From NCBI RefSeq assembly GCF_009834535.1, contig NC_045696.1, positions 6,512,001 through 6,572,000 on the forward strand: a DNA stretch of 60,000 bases. The letters are read 5' to 3'. Source of the DNA: Camelus ferus (Eukaryota). Shown here one piece after another: positions 1 through 13,289 of this stretch; the first letter of the stretch is position 1; each line of letters opens with the position of its first letter. The notes beneath the pieces were generated by a model. The model had not been told where the DNA came from. It saw only the letters and a list, made by a program, of their open reading frames with translations, and did not search any database. The position numbers were made by a program, and so were the translations under genes.

Positions 1-1014
1 GGGCTGCTTGGCCCAGGGCTCGCTCTCCTTGAACCCCTCTTCTGGTGAGGAAGCCCTACTATACTACCCGTTCTGTGCCTGTCGTGGCCAGCCTCTGGCC
101 TGAGTTCCAGCCTGAGTTTTTCACCCCAGAAATAAGCCTCTGCCTGTTTCCCTTCTTCACTGACTTCTGCTAGGAACAGAGTCCTGCTTCTGATTTGGCT
201 GCCTTCGGTTCGGATCCTGAGACATCACTCCCTTGATGTCCACTCTTTGTTATGGACACTCGCCACCTCTCTCTCATTCACCCTTCCCTTCACCCGCCTG
301 CCCAGGGAGCAGGGAGAGTTGCAGTCTAGTCTTCCTGAGCATCAGGGCCCATCCGTCAGCACCTCCCTCTACAATCAGCTTCCAAGGACTCCCTCGTGGG
401 CTTGGCCTGTGTTTCTGCCTTTTCTGGGTGTCTGGGTCCTGATCCCGCCTGCTGAGCCCTGGTCATCAGTTACAGCAGTGACCGTGTGTGACTGGGGCCA
501 CTCACTTGTCCCCGTCAGACCCAGGCCCCCTACACTCAGGATCCAATTCCAGGGATCTCTGCTGGGTCTGTAGTGTTTGCTTATCTCTACAAAGCCCTCT
601 TTGTCTCTCAGCTCCATCAACCAAGACTTTAAAATGATTGCTTACCTTACAGTTACTCGGGAGAGCCCAGTATAAATGCCCCTTGCAAATCAGGTCTTCG
701 GAGCTCAGCAAAACAGTCAGTTGGAAACTCAGGACTCTGTATCGGCAGCACAGTGGTACATTCCCTTACTATTTGTGCTGTCGCTCACCAGTTATTCATT
801 CAGCGCCCTGGGGTCAGGTCTGTGGCAACATAGCCGCCCCACCATGGTTTGTTTTCACTTGACAAAAACATGTGAGGACCGAGCAATGGCTGCTTTGTTC
901 CAAGAACATCAGCCACTAAATCCGTGAGGCTCCTTTAGAGGCTCCTGTGCAGTGAGCGGTCCCTCCGGAAGTCAGGCGAGAACTCCGGGAAGAAGACGGA
1001 CTTTCACTTTGGTC

Positions 1015-1120
1015 AGTCCTGGCTTTCACTCCTGGCTCTGTCACTTCCTGGCTACGTAGCTTTGGACAAGTTACTTAACTTCTCTGAGCCTCAGTTTTAT
1101 CATCAATAAAATGGAGATCC
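1015..1120 (+). mobile_element. MIR SINE fragment
   Basis: tcctggctctgtcactt...ttggacaagttacttaacttctctgagcctcagtttt...aaaatggagat is the MIR core. Confidence 0.85.
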
Positions 1121-1527
1121 TGACAAAACCTGCCTGCTTGAAGGAGATACTTTGCAATCATAATGGCTGTGAGGAACTTTGAACTAAACTAGGTATATAC
1201 ACTTGATCAACAAGACCTTCCTCTGGGGTTTCTTAATTCTGGTCACCCCCATGTCTGCTTTTTGGCCAACTGTTTGTCCTTACTGAGATAAACAGCGGGG
1301 CTGTAGATTTTGTTTCCATCTTAGCGAGTGACATTCATACACCTCTGCTCTTTTCTTTCACTTGATTGATTCATATCATTTCTACCTTCTGGATACTTAC
1401 CCTGTGTGCTCAGCCCCTGAATAACAAACCCCTGGCAACATGTGAGGCCTTCGTGGAATTCTTCCAGGCTCCCGGCCTCATGCTTTCCCTGGTGATCCAT
1501 TCTGTCATCACTTAGCCCTGATTTTTT

Positions 1528-1731
1528 TTTCTTATTCTTTAAAAAAAATTTTTTTTAATTGAAGTATAGTTGGTTTACAACATCGTGTTAATTTCTGGTG
1601 TATAGCATCATGATTCAGCTACTCATTATAGGCTATTACAAGGTATTAAATATAGTTCCCTGTGCCATACAGTAGGACCTCATTGTTTATATTTTATGTA
1701 TAGTCGTGTATATCTGTAAATCCCAAACTCA
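1528..1731 (-). mobile_element. 5'-truncated LINE-1 3' end with target-site duplication
   Basis: Poly-T then aattgaagtatagttggtttacaac...atagttccctgtgccatacagtagg; flanks ttagccctgatttt and ttagctctgatttt. Confidence 0.9.
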
Positions 1732-3549
1732 CAATTAGCTCTGATTTTGACCTATTGTACATAGAAATCAGCTCCACAGTGAGATCCCCATCCCCATGTT
1801 GTAGATTTAGGGGATGGATCATAAGGCCACAAGGGAAAGGCCTGGATTACAGGCCCTGGCTCACTGGGTCACACTGGGTGAGACATTGAACCTCAGTGAG
1901 CTGTAATAGGGTCTTCCATAAAGTATAGGAATTAGACTTGACCTACCTCCTTCATTAGGTATAAAATGGACTATCAAATATTTGAAGTTGCTTGAAGCAT
2001 TCAGAACCCTAGGAGTGTGAGTGTTGCTTGTTTCTCTGCAAGTCCAAGGTGTGAGCAGAAGCCCTGAGACTGGTGTATGTGCATGTATGCGTGGCTTGCA
2101 CGAGCAGAAGAGGCGTGCTGTGACAGGACACGCTACAACATGCTTCCCACGGGCAGGTCAGCCAAATTTGTGGTGGAGGCGGGGCAGAAGGAAGAGCACA
2201 GGTTGTTCTATGTTGATGTCAAACTGGGAGTCTGTTGTTTGCAGCAGACTTATGGGACGTCTTTAAATCACATGTAAACAGAGTTTCCAGCAGACCCAAA
2301 AGAGGCAAACCAAGGAAGATACAGAAAATAGCCCTTGGGACACTCAGATACGCTATGTGCTAAGCACTGTAATGGAGGTGTTACATTCAAGTAAAGGGAA
2401 GGAAATTTGGAGAACAACTACTCAAACAAAGTAAGAGTTTCTGGGAAGAATATGGACCTTTGCATGAAAAATTAAACCATAAAACTTGTCTGTCTGACTC
2501 TCTGAAGGCAGGAGAATGCAATCAAGGAATTCTGAGAAGAGAAATGATGGCTACCAAGGAGGCTGTGTTTCCAGCTCAGAACCAAAGCTTCCCACGCTGC
2601 TGTAACAAAGTCCCACATAGTCACTTCCTCAGGGACATGGTGTGGTGGGGGCAAAGCTGTCTTATGTCTTGGACGTGGACAGCTCGGTTCTCGGCCAAGG
2701 TCACCCTACAAGGGCAAGCAGAAGCTTGAGATAATAGGAGTGGAAAATAATATGGGTCTGAGAAATTTCATGCAAATTAAAATTAATAAAACGTATCTCA
2801 CTGATGAGTCTCACGACTGTGTTCCAGATTACTGCACTTTCCGGAAAACATGTTGTTTTTTTTGCCCAAACAGCGTCCTCGAATTTGACTTCCTAACATA
2901 TGCTCCAGCCTTTTTTTATTTCCACCTGTCACATTCTCACTCAAAGAGTGCAGTCTTGCCACCCCTGAGAATGTTGCAATGAGTGATTCAGAAAGAGCGG
3001 GTTCCAAAAGAGACACCTGCAGAAGGTGTGGAGCTGCTGGTGTGTGTGGTTCCCCCAGGAAAGTGCTTTGAGGACAACAGCTGTTTCTTGGGTGCATTTC
3101 TCTGCAGCGTGGCTCTTAGATGGTTGTGTGGCCTTACTGTCACACCCATAGCGATGCCTTTAAGGCTTATGTAACTATATGTTTTCGTTCTTTTAATCCA
3201 TCAGTGGAAAAGAGCAATGGAATGGAAGAGACTCTGATAATGTGCTGAAAGGATTGTTGTTAAGTTGTTAACTTATTTTTTAATCATTGACTAAAATGAG
3301 CAGTAGGGTATTAAGGCAAAAAGAAGAGATGGGGAAGGGAATTCATGTTCTTTTCTTTGATTAGAAAGGAAACAAAGTATGTCCCTTTCGGCATTGATAG
3401 AAAATGCCATTTTAACCTAGTCATCCCCCCAGTTCTTGTCGCCATCATTGGAAAAGGCTGTCTCACATGAGTTTGTCTCTCAGCTCTCTGAGAAAATATT
3501 CCACCCCTCTCCCTGTAAGAGCACCACCGATAGCACCAAAACCTTCCCG

Positions 3550-3591
3550 ACAAATGAAAATAAAACTCAAGACTATAAAATTGGCTTTATT
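3550..3591 (-). terminator. Candidate distal poly(A) signal of KCNJ15 (about 5.9-kb 3'UTR)
   Basis: AATAAA on the minus strand at 3586-3591 followed by a U/GU-rich stretch (gtcttgagttttattttcatttgt). Other minus-strand AATAAA occur at 6806, 7166 and 7235, so the used site cannot be determined. Confidence 0.35.
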
Positions 3592-6513
3592 GTATTTGCT
3601 GTCATTTCACAGATTAGAGTGATTCCATGTATATATATAAAGAAAAGATGATGGAGATACAATAAAAACAGGAAACGGTTTGACAAACAGAGGTATGAAT
3701 CTGTAGATTGTAAAAGTACATATTTAAAGCTGAGTTGTCAGAGCATGACGGGGCTCAGCAGTGACGGGGTACACACATATTGGTTAGTCTGAGATTTCTA
3801 ATATGTCCCAAAGAGTAGCTCAACCTTAAGAAACACGTCACTATTATGCTAAAGCAAATTTAGGCTGAAGACTAGTTTAAAAATTGGAGGAAAACAAGAA
3901 CACGCATCTGGTAGCATGGTTTAGTGATCAGATGGAGTGCTATATATAGCAAGGGAGTGAAGTGTGATGGAGATTTTGGTAAACGCACACCGCCAGGACT
4001 TACAAGTAGTGGGACTATTTGCTCGTAAAATCTGCATGTCACGTGGGATTTCCACCTTCATAACATTCCTGTGAATTTCATTAAGTCGTATTTTGGAGCG
4101 GGTCCTTTTGGAATGGAGATGACTGTTTACTAAAGCATTCTTTTTTGTAACTTACAATTCCATGACACCCTGCAGAAATAATTCTTCAAAAATAGATCCA
4201 AGTTGGCTGTCATCCTGATGACAGCCTTCCTCTCCTGATGGCTGTTTAATACTCTGTGTCAGCACACAAACACAGCTTCCTCTCATGATCTGGAAGTTTG
4301 TTTTTGTAAAAAGTCCCTGATACAGTCATACTTCCTGCAATGATTTGCTTTAATACAACATCCTTAGTCTTAAGATTTGATTGCAGATGAAAGAATATGG
4401 TTAAATTAGAGTAAATGAAAAACAATCATTCCTTTGAACTCCCCTCCAATCACATTCTTGGAAGCTCTTTACTTTTTCAGGAATATTAAGGACATTTGCA
4501 ATAATAAGAATAATAAGCCAAGAGCTCACATTTATTAGCTCAGAATTAACTTCTGATTTTTTTTTAAGAGAATAGGTACTGTGTAATCTATTGTAGTAGC
4601 TCCATTGGAGTCTAATCTTAGGTGGTTTCTATCTTTAACTTGAATATTTTTGAGGGATGAAATTGGACATCTTATGTGGGTGGAAAGGCATGGATACTAG
4701 ATAAGATTTTGGCCTTGAATAAAGATCATAGTTAAGTACTATCTCATAAGATGTGAGCTGCTAAACAAAAAAACTTGGTGATGGACTTTTAGGTTGATGC
4801 CTTCATCTTTGGTTTTGCCCATCCAGCGCTGGTTAGGAATACAAAACCACTGACCTGATTCTCTAACAGGGGTTGGGAATCAGGGCTTCTGTGCACCATG
4901 TATAGGAAGACTTGGAGCTGCAACCTTTCCATGGAGGACAGGCTCAAAGAGGTCGCCGCTCCAGGCTGCACAAAATGTACCAAAGTTCCCTGCATTTGGC
5001 TGAAATTTACTTGTACTAGATTTATGGCCTTTACCTCCCTTTGTGACATCTTTGGCATTTATACTCATGTCCGTTGGGCCCTTCGACTTCTACAGCCAAT
5101 TCTTGTGATTTTATTAGGAATTAATTATCAACTCCAATCAACAGCTCTTTCTTCGTCTTTTCTTTTTACGCACTAGTAACATACTAAATGAAAAATAAGA
5201 ATTCCTGTCCCCAGTTTTTAGGCATCTAAATGCTCACAAATTATTAATTCGGGTTGATTATTTTTAACCCGCAGGATTTACATGACTTGACAGAGTGGGC
5301 AGCAAAGAAGATGAACAGTCAACCAACCATATGTCAAGTTGCAAGGAAACAGAGCCTAACAGGAGAACTGACAGAGGATGAAGATGAAATCAAATGGGTA
5401 GAGCTTTATTTCTACCTCCTGTTTATTTTTCATTAAGTGGCTAGGAGAAGAACTTGGGGAAAAAGCTGGACAAAACCCATCAGTGTTTCTTAAAGGCTAG
5501 GAAAACGGCTACTCCTGGAATCCAGAAGAAAACGTTGACACAATCTGTTGTAATGCAAGAACGAATGACCAAATTCTCCCCTGCAAAGAAATTCTTTTCC
5601 ACTAACAGAAGTCTTCTTATGTGGAAGTCTAGTTGACCAACTATTAGTTTTTATCTTTTACACATTTCTCACTGCCTTCCTTACTCTGAAGATAAAGACT
5701 TTGTTTCAGATTTCTTTTAGAAAATCAAAACAACACAACAATAAAAACAAAATCTACTGACAAACACTAATGCCTCAAGAAGTTAAGTAACTCCTTTATT
5801 CTTTAAAATTCCAATTAAATTCTAATTATACTGTTTCATTGCAAATTCTCACCCTGGAGATTTGAACTCTGTTCATAAAGCAGCTTACTCTGAGAGCAAA
5901 TCTATTCATTACTGTTCACAGACCCAAGGACCAGTTGGTAGATCATTCTGATTAAAGATAAACTGAAATTCACAAAAGGCAAAATGTATGTACTCAATCA
6001 GTTAGAAGGGAAGTGTTAAGGTTTAGACCTTCAAGAGTAAGTCTTCCCAGCGGAAAAAAACTTAAGTGCACCTTAAGCCTATGCAAAGTCGAATGCTGGA
6101 AGTGGAGTACACACTACGGAACGTGGAAATCAAGACTTGAAATGCTAATCCCTTTCATTTAGAAGAAAATCCCATCCCAGAAAACTATGATAAAATAACT
6201 TGCATTCAAAACTAGTCATTTCAAATATTTCCCTGATAAAATCTAGCAAGAAGAAAAGCCCAGACTGAGAGACTAAAAGGTTTCTTTATGCAAATGGTTG
6301 GATGTCTGACCCTTTGACCACAGTGACCAAATATAGAACCAAGCCCAAGGATGAGGGGGATCCTTGCAAAGGAGCTACCATGCAAAGGCCTCGTGTCTTC
6401 CTAGCTTTGCTTTTCTCTTTTCTTCTTTCTCCAGATGGCGTATGAGTACTGAGGATCTAAGCAAGGGAGAAAGATTCATACTGGAGCAGGTGTCGTTTTT
6501 CATATGTCTTAAC

Positions 6514-6600
6514 ATTTTTTTTATGGAAATGTAGTTAGTTCACAATGCTGTATTAATTTCTGGTGCACAGAATAGTGATTCAGTTGTGCATATATCCTTT
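6514..6600 (-). mobile_element. Short LINE-1 3' end with TSD
   Basis: ttttttttatggaaatgtagttagttcacaatgctgtattaatttctggtgcacag; atatgtcttaa on both flanks. Confidence 0.8.
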
Positions 6601-8661
6601 TTATATGTCTTAATTGCATTTTGATGGGATTGAAATCAGTCAATTAAAATTGAAAGCTTGATTTAAAGAAAAATAAAACAAATGTTTAAATTCATTTAAA
6701 TACCTGGTCCACTAACCAAAGACGGCTTGTGACTGTCAACGAGTAAATATTTGCTATGCTGTCTGGGGCCATTGGCTGCTGGGTACCAAGTAATTACAAT
6801 ATATTTTATTATTGAAATAAAACACGGCTTGCAGATTATACTGATTTGCTTGCTGCTTTTTGTGATTTCTCAAATAGAACACAACATTTTCAAATGGTCT
6901 CACTGAGATCTGATGCACTGGAAATGCTACAAAATGCAAACAAAAACTTTTTTGGGGGTCAAAACACCCTGTTAGTTTGACAATTCTTAGTTGGGTGTTA
7001 AGCATGAATCTGTTTCAGTCAGAGTCATGTCCAAATATAATCAAATAATTCTGCCACCTGAATCCTTTTGTTAGCACATTAACACAAGAGGATTTTGTAC
7101 AAAGTAATAATAAGTAAGTGTGCCTGGAAAATGCTATTTTCAAACTGGACATAACTTTTGAGCTATTTATTGAATATTGTGTTATAATATGATTTAATGA
7201 CCTGTACAAATATTGGATTTTAAGGCACTGCATATTTATTTTGTGTGTAGTGCAAGAGATCAGATGATCAAGTCTTCCAAATTTGGCCAAAATAAATATG
7301 CTAAATCAACACACAAAAAGATTTCTCAATCTTATGCTACATCTTTGCACGATATACAAGAATGCAAGATTCCTAAGCTTGATCACAGTCAAATCAGCAC
7401 ACCTCTAAATATTGTGAAAAAAAATTTAGTTGTGCAACAGAAAAACTGTAAACATGCCTGTGGCATTATTTTCCTATCATATTATACAATAAAAAAAAGG
7501 TTTAATAACTAAAAGAACTAATATCTATCTACACTAATTTGATTTTTTAAGAGAATGAAGATCTAAAACAATCTGCCATAAAATCATCAATAGAAAATAA
7601 AAACCTTCCTGAATAATTAAAGATAATAACCTCTTGTGCATTGAGATTGTTTCTTTAAACCTTTACAACTTAACCCCCATTATTCTTACACCTGCATTAA
7701 ATGTTCAGTACCAGGTCAGAGGTCTTAGCCACATTTTCTGTTAGTGGAAGGACACTTGAAAACGTGTTAACATCATGATGTGACCAGATGTGCTGTAATG
7801 CAGAGCATCATTTCACTGATAATCGGAATCCAGATTCCTTGCCCCTTCTTCTCTGAGTCCCGATGTTCCGGTTCTTGTAGAACAAAATATAGTAAGCAAA
7901 CTTGTTGAGGACTCGCTCTGTTAATCACAAAGGTCTTCATGGATGTTTCCGTCATTCGGGTTGAAGAGCCAGGGCACGCATCCCTCTGTGTGGGGGTTTG
8001 TGTGCAGGTCTGTAGGTACACATTTGTGGGCTCACGGGTACCTCTGCGTGGTGCCTACGCACTTACTTCCCGTTCTTCTGGAGTGAATACACAGATCTGT
8101 CCCGGTTTGAATGAAACGAAAACTCATCTTTTGCACCTTTAGCCAATCCATCCCATGTATTCTCTTTCCCAAAGAAATGCTGGGTGTCTGGCCCCTAAAT
8201 TCAACCAAAGGCAAAATGTTACCTCTGTTAACACGGAGTTGTAAGAGATTTACTTAAATACTGAGGGCATCTTTTACATGATATCAGATTATGAAATTTT
8301 GTTCACGCTTCAAAGAGTCCTCTGCATTTCAATTCCTTATCCTCAGCTCCTCTTGTTCCTCACGGCCCCGACCAACCATATGAGCTTTCACATATGAGCA
8401 AGTTTCTGACTGTTATGCAGCTTAACTTTTCTCTCCTGTAATCAACAAACATGTACTTAGCATGAGAGGGACAGCCATTACTCCCAAGAGCATTATTTTG
8501 TTCTTGGAATGTCTGTGGCAGCTCCTTTGTGGACAAGGTATTCTAATGGATAAAGAATGAATGGCTGAAAGGAATATTGACCCACGATAATGAACTGGAG
8601 AAAGGACAGGTCCGTCCAGAGTCCCCTGGCTTCAGAAAGTTACTTTGAAAACATTGTCCAG

Positions 8662-8815
8662 AGTAGAGCTTTTCAAACTTCCATTTTTACATGAATCACT
8701 TAGGGGTCTTGTTAAGATGCAGAGCCTGATTCCCCAAGTCCGGGTGGGGCTAAGTGCCTAATAAACTCCTGAATGGTGCTGATGCTGCTGGTCTGCGAAC
8801 CGCAGTTTGAAAAGG
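8662..8815. mobile_element. MER5A-like hAT-Charlie DNA transposon
   Basis: ttttcaaactt...gaatcacttaggggtcttgttaagatgcag...ggtgctgatgctgctggtctgcgaaccgcagtttga. Confidence 0.7.
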
Positions 8816-9492
8816 AAGAGTCTAGTATATTCCAACAAAAGCATGAGTGTGAGCCATCACATCAGCTCCATTTGCACGTGTTTTCATAACTGTTAATTCC
8901 TGATTCAATCAATTTCACTCTGTGTAATTAAAGTCACTGAAAAAGGTAAAAATGGAATTATTATATGTTGTGGGTGCAGAGTCCGTCTGCCCCTTTGTAT
9001 GTATTATCAGATAGCCTCCATTATAAATCACATTTTCGCTGCTTGAAAAAAAGGGTTTGTTTTGAAACAAAGATATAAGTGGATACTGAACCACATTTCA
9101 CCTCTCGGCTGGAACATCTTTGATACTTAGAATGAATAAATACCTTGTACTTTATATAGAAATGCCTTTCCTTTCCATATCAGCCTTGAGAAAGTTCTAT
9201 CCACCCAGCAGGACATTGTTTCAATTGCCTTCCACTGAGTTCTTTGGGAGGCAGCCCCATTTTAGAAAATTTGAATTTGGGGAGTTGGTTTCAGACAAAG
9301 CGTTAAAAAGAAAGGAACCCTCTCAGACATGGAAATGCTTGTTTTCCCTCCAGATCAAAGGAAAAGGTCTGTACGTCTGCACAGTTTTTCAGAGCATGTC
9401 CACACATTTTCCTTTTTGAGGTGACTTTTGCTTTTGCAGGGAGCCCAGACATGGAAGCAGCCTAGAGTTAAGCTGAGGGGACATCACTGCCA

Positions 9493-10620
9493 TCAGACAT
9501 TGCTCTGCTGCAGCAAAAGAGTCCTCAGTTCCCTTTCCCTCTGATCTTCCTGCCTGTACTTCTCCTCAAGTTTCTGCTTCTCAGAATCTGCACAGTAAGA
9601 GATGCAATTTGAGCTCTTCCGGATCTGTTCAAACTGACTGAAGTCAGCCACGTACTTGCCGTTTTTGGAGAGAGAAACCACAGGCACAAACTCAAAGCCC
9701 CAGTAGATCTCCTCCGGGATGTAAGATGTGCGGCTCTGGCAGACAGCGCTGGTGGACTCCACGGTGGCATTGAGGAGGACCACAAGCTCAAACTCCTTCT
9801 CCTTGAGGTTCTGGGGGGTGAGGTCCCTCAGGGGGCTGGTCTCATCCAGCACATGGTAGAAGGTCATGGGCAAGATGAGGAAGGGGCTCTCGGAAGAGGA
9901 GTCCACGTGGAATTTGACGGTGGCCTGGTTGAGGAGGATCCGCTCGCCCTCCTTGGTGACGTGGGTCTGCAGGAGCTTGCCCGAGAGCTGGCACTGAATC
10001 AGGAGGCTCTTCCTCATGTTGGCCACCTGGATCACCAAACACAGCTTCCCATTGTGCTTGGTGATGACAGCACAGTGGCTGAACTTGATGGTCTCCGCCC
10101 GCTTCTTGGGTCTCGCGATTTTGGCCAGGAAGGTGCCCGTGATGAAGATCTCAATCAAGGTCGTGATGACCAGCTGAGCCACCAGCAGGAAGATGGCGTG
10201 AGGGCATTCCTCCGTGATGGAGCGGACGCCGTAGCCGATGGTCGTCTGGGATTCCAGTGAAAAGAGGAATGCCCCCGTGAGGGAGTCCACTTTCATGATG
10301 CAGGGGGTGCGGTTTGAAGAGTGCCCACTGGGCTCTAGGTCCCCATGAATGAAGGCGATGGCATAGTAGATCACTCCAAAAAGGAACCAGGTCATCACGA
10401 AGGTGGCAGCAAACAGGGTGAGCTTGTATCTCCACTTCATGTCAATGACAGTGGTCCACAGGTCTTGGAGGTAAAGCAAGTATATGCCATCCACTTTGTC
10501 AATTCGCACGTTGCTGTGTCCACTCTTGGACATGACTCGGGGTCTGCTGGTCTTGAGGCCAGCTCCCATCGTGGGCTTCACCAGGGGAGGACTGGACATG
10601 CCAACATGGATGGCTTCCAT
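9493..10620 (-). CDS. KCNJ15: Inward rectifier potassium channel Kir4.2 (375 aa, intronless CDS)
   Basis: Translation [10 protein letters not shown]...[15 protein letters not shown]...[16 protein letters not shown]...[11 protein letters not shown] (K+ filter)...[23 protein letters not shown]...QQSNV (PDZ-binding end). ATG at 10618-10620 has a strong context (ACA ATG G); 1128 nt = 375 codons plus stop. The ORF-track start at 10776 lies upstream of a splice acceptor. Confidence 0.98.
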   Translation of the reverse strand: MEAIHVGMSSPPLVKPTMGAGLKTSRPRVMSKSGHSNVRIDKVDGIYLLYLQDLWTTVIDMKWRYKLTLFAATFVMTWFLFGVIYYAIAFIHGDLEPSGHSSNRTPCIMKVDSLTGAFLFSLESQTTIGYGVRSITEECPHAIFLLVAQLVITTLIEIFITGTFLAKIARPKKRAETIKFSHCAVITKHNGKLCLVIQVANMRKSLLIQCQLSGKLLQTHVTKEGERILLNQATVKFHVDSSSESPFLILPMTFYHVLDETSPLRDLTPQNLKEKEFELVVLLNATVESTSAVCQSRTSYIPEEIYWGFEFVPVVSLSKNGKYVADFSQFEQIRKSSNCISYCADSEKQKLEEKYRQEDQRERELRTLLLQQSNV

Positions 10621-10660
10621 TGTCGGACTCCTGGGACCACCTAAGGAAATGACAGACGAA
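10621..10660 (-). other. KCNJ15: Splice acceptor and 20-nt 5'UTR part of the KCNJ15 coding exon (exon starts at 10640)
   Basis: Minus strand reads tcgtctgtcatttccttag|GTGGTCCCAGGAGTCCGACA-ATG: pyrimidine tract with AG at 10642-10641. Confidence 0.85.
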
Positions 10661-10804
10661 GACTTTCCATTACTACTTTGGGTGGTAGAAAGTCCAGAAA
10701 ATAGAAACAGGACACTCATGTGAAATAAGTATGAATGCACATGGACATTTACAAGAAAGAAGAATTCTGAAGGCAATACTAATCAACTTGTTCTTGGGGA
10801 AGGC

Positions 10805-11025
10805 AGTAGGGTGGCATAAAGAACAGAGACTCTGGAGACAAGCAAACCTGGGTTAAATGCTGACTCCACAACTTATCTGCTGTGTGACCCGGGGCCATCT
10901 ATTTAACCTCTCTGGACCTCAGCTTCCTAATCTTTAAAATGGGAATAAAGCTCACTTTTCAGGGGTTTTGTGATGGTTAAATGAGATAATGGCCATAAAG
11001 TGTCAAAACAGAGCTTCATGCTCAA
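10805..11025 (+). mobile_element. MIR SINE
   Basis: agactctggagac...acctgggttaaatgctgactccacaactt...tgtgacc...aacctctctggacctcagcttcctaatctttaaaatgggaataa...ttaaatgagataat. Confidence 0.85.
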
Positions 11026-12940
11026 AAAAATGATGCTAATCTTCTCTTTGTGGTATCACACTCACAGGCATTTACCCCACAGGGTACTAGGAATATTTCT
11101 ATATGTTCAGCTATCATGGATTTCCAGCAACAGAAAACTTAAGAATAAGTTGACTGAGCCTAGGGCCAGGACTGATGAAACTAAAGAGTGCCATCCATAA
11201 GATAATTCTTGACACAGCAATGGAGAACGTTAACACAAATTTTAAAATCTTGGATAGTAATAGTAAAAATTTTTTAAAAGCTACCCTTTTGCAAGATGTT
11301 TCCTGTATTAGCAATTCATTATTTTCCCTAATCCAATGAATAATTTGGAGTCCATGACCTTTCCTAGTTCTTGATTACAGTGGAAAAGATTAAGTTATCA
11401 AACACCCCCAAACAGAGTGACTAATTAAGCTTTGTTAATGGCTTGATTGATAGGCTGGTTATTCTTGGAAAAGTGTTACCAGCATACAATATTAGATGTG
11501 ACATTTAGGAATGGCAAAAAAATTCTGCCTTACTTCTTTTGAGCTAAGTCGAACCAGCATAGGAATCTATTTTAAAGAGCTAATGAACAAGTAAGTAAAA
11601 ACAGGCATCTGACATTGTAGCAGAACAGACCTACCTAGAAGCAGCGCTCGGCTCCCACGCTGAGCCCCAGAGAGGGCTCTGCCTGCGTGAACAGTCAGGA
11701 GCAGGCTGGGGTCAGGCCATGCAGCATCTTATAGTGCCTGCCTGATGACTTAGCTCAAATAACCCCTACATTCCTTGGAAAAGATAATGTGAGTGATTAC
11801 AGGGTAACTCAACCTGGCTGGTGTGTTTTTTTCCACCTCACTGGTATTTTTAAGAATAATAATAAAAGACATTCCCTCCTTTACAAAGGAACTGGTAGAA
11901 AGTGGTCTGTGATTCATGCAACAATCTTTGCTGTTAGAGCAGTGTTATCTCAGTAGAAGTTTTGAACATAATCCTCTGGGCAAATCCCTTCTAGGAATCT
12001 GAAACTGTATCCGTTAGAGGCTAACGATTTCTTGACAGTGCAGTGGATCTGTTGGGCTTTTTCATTTTCCTCTTACGTTAGTAAGAATGTGTCATTTACT
12101 GACCTCCCCTTGAAATGATTTTTTTTCCCCCTAGAGAGGAGAGTCACTTTTTCATTTTCATCACAAAGAAGGGCCATCAGTTATTTGGAATTCATTTTAC
12201 TTGCTGAAGCCTATTTCATTTATTTGGGGATTCATTTAGAAGAAAAGTACAGGATATAATTTAGTGTGGGCTTTGTCAGACCCTCAGCAGGACTTCTTAG
12301 TAATCAGGAGGAAAGCAACCATGATGAAAGTTTGGAAACAAAAGCCCAAGTACGTAGTCAAGCTCAGAACACGGGCACTGCCAAAGTCAAATGCAGCTTA
12401 TTGACAAGTAATTGCATGCACTTTAAAAAAAAAAAAAAAAAAAAGGAAAGAAACTGCCAGGGGAAAGTGCATGCCATTCAATCCATGGAAACAAAAACAG
12501 AGGATTAAGTTTTTGTATGTGAATGATGCACAAGTGTCCTGCGGCACCAGCAAAGCTCCAGGCTCAGCCTTCCGCCAGGTTCTGGAAAGCTTGGCTCTGC
12601 TTACATGAAGGCAGTGCAGTGACGCTTCTGCTTCAACCTCTTTCAAAGAGGCAACAAGCCAGGTTCGAGGTGAGCTGGATCTCTTCCCTGTTTCTGCTGA
12701 AAGCTCTTGTGCAGCATTTCTGCGCATCTAGTGTTGGCATCAAGGACACCAATGGCTATTGAAGATGGCGGTCGGAAGTGGGGGAATAAGACCCAGAGCC
12801 TCTCACGGGGGGCGGGGGCCTTGGGATGAGCATCTCTCTGTGGAAAGAGCTACTGGCGGACAGCACTCGAAGGGTAGCCGCCTACTCCCTCCCTCTCAAC
12901 ACCCTGTGCCCTCAGAGCTGTGAACGACCTGGTTACTCAC

Positions 12941-13029
12941 TCAGCAGGTCAGGTGGCGTCTTCTTCAAGGCAAGTGGGACGTCCTCGCTCCCCTTCACCC
13001 GCCTGGCTACCCTGGGACTCTGCTACTGC
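12941..13029 (-). other. KCNJ15: KCNJ15 internal 5' non-coding exon (89 nt; alternative donor at 12929 would give 101 nt)
   Basis: Acceptor gtgtccctctctctttcag|GCAGTAGCAG, donor CTGA|gtgagt (12940-12935) and a weaker CAG|gtcgtt 12 nt further on. Resembles the KCNJ15 5'UTR as I recall it from human mRNA. Confidence 0.85.
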
Positions 13030-13289
13030 CTGAAAGAGAGAGGGACACGTGGAGTTCACAGGTGTTGAGTAAGAAACTGACCCAGTGAAGTGATCCCGAC
13101 TGATTCCCCCAGGGGCTGGGGCCCCGGCTTTCCCCTCCAGTCCCTGCAATCTGGCCTGGTGCCCAGAGGAGGAAAAGGCCCAGAGGCTGCTTCAGGAATG
13201 AGGTTGAAGCCCCAGCCACAGCCTTCCCTGTGGAATTCCCACCCTCTGGACGGAGCTCAGTAGTGAAACACCTTGGAAAGAGTGGGTTA

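Noticed and set aside
9525..10723. Overlapping and antisense ORFs over the KCNJ15 CDS (e.g. 9853-10260 +)
   Set aside because: Shadow ORFs expected from a GC3-rich coding sequence; no recognisable protein features.
10641..10776. N-terminal part of the 427-aa ORF in the track (MPSEFFFL...MSVLFLFS...)
   Set aside because: It lies upstream of a clear splice acceptor at 10641-10642 and is intronic read-through; the Kir4.2 start is ATG 10620.
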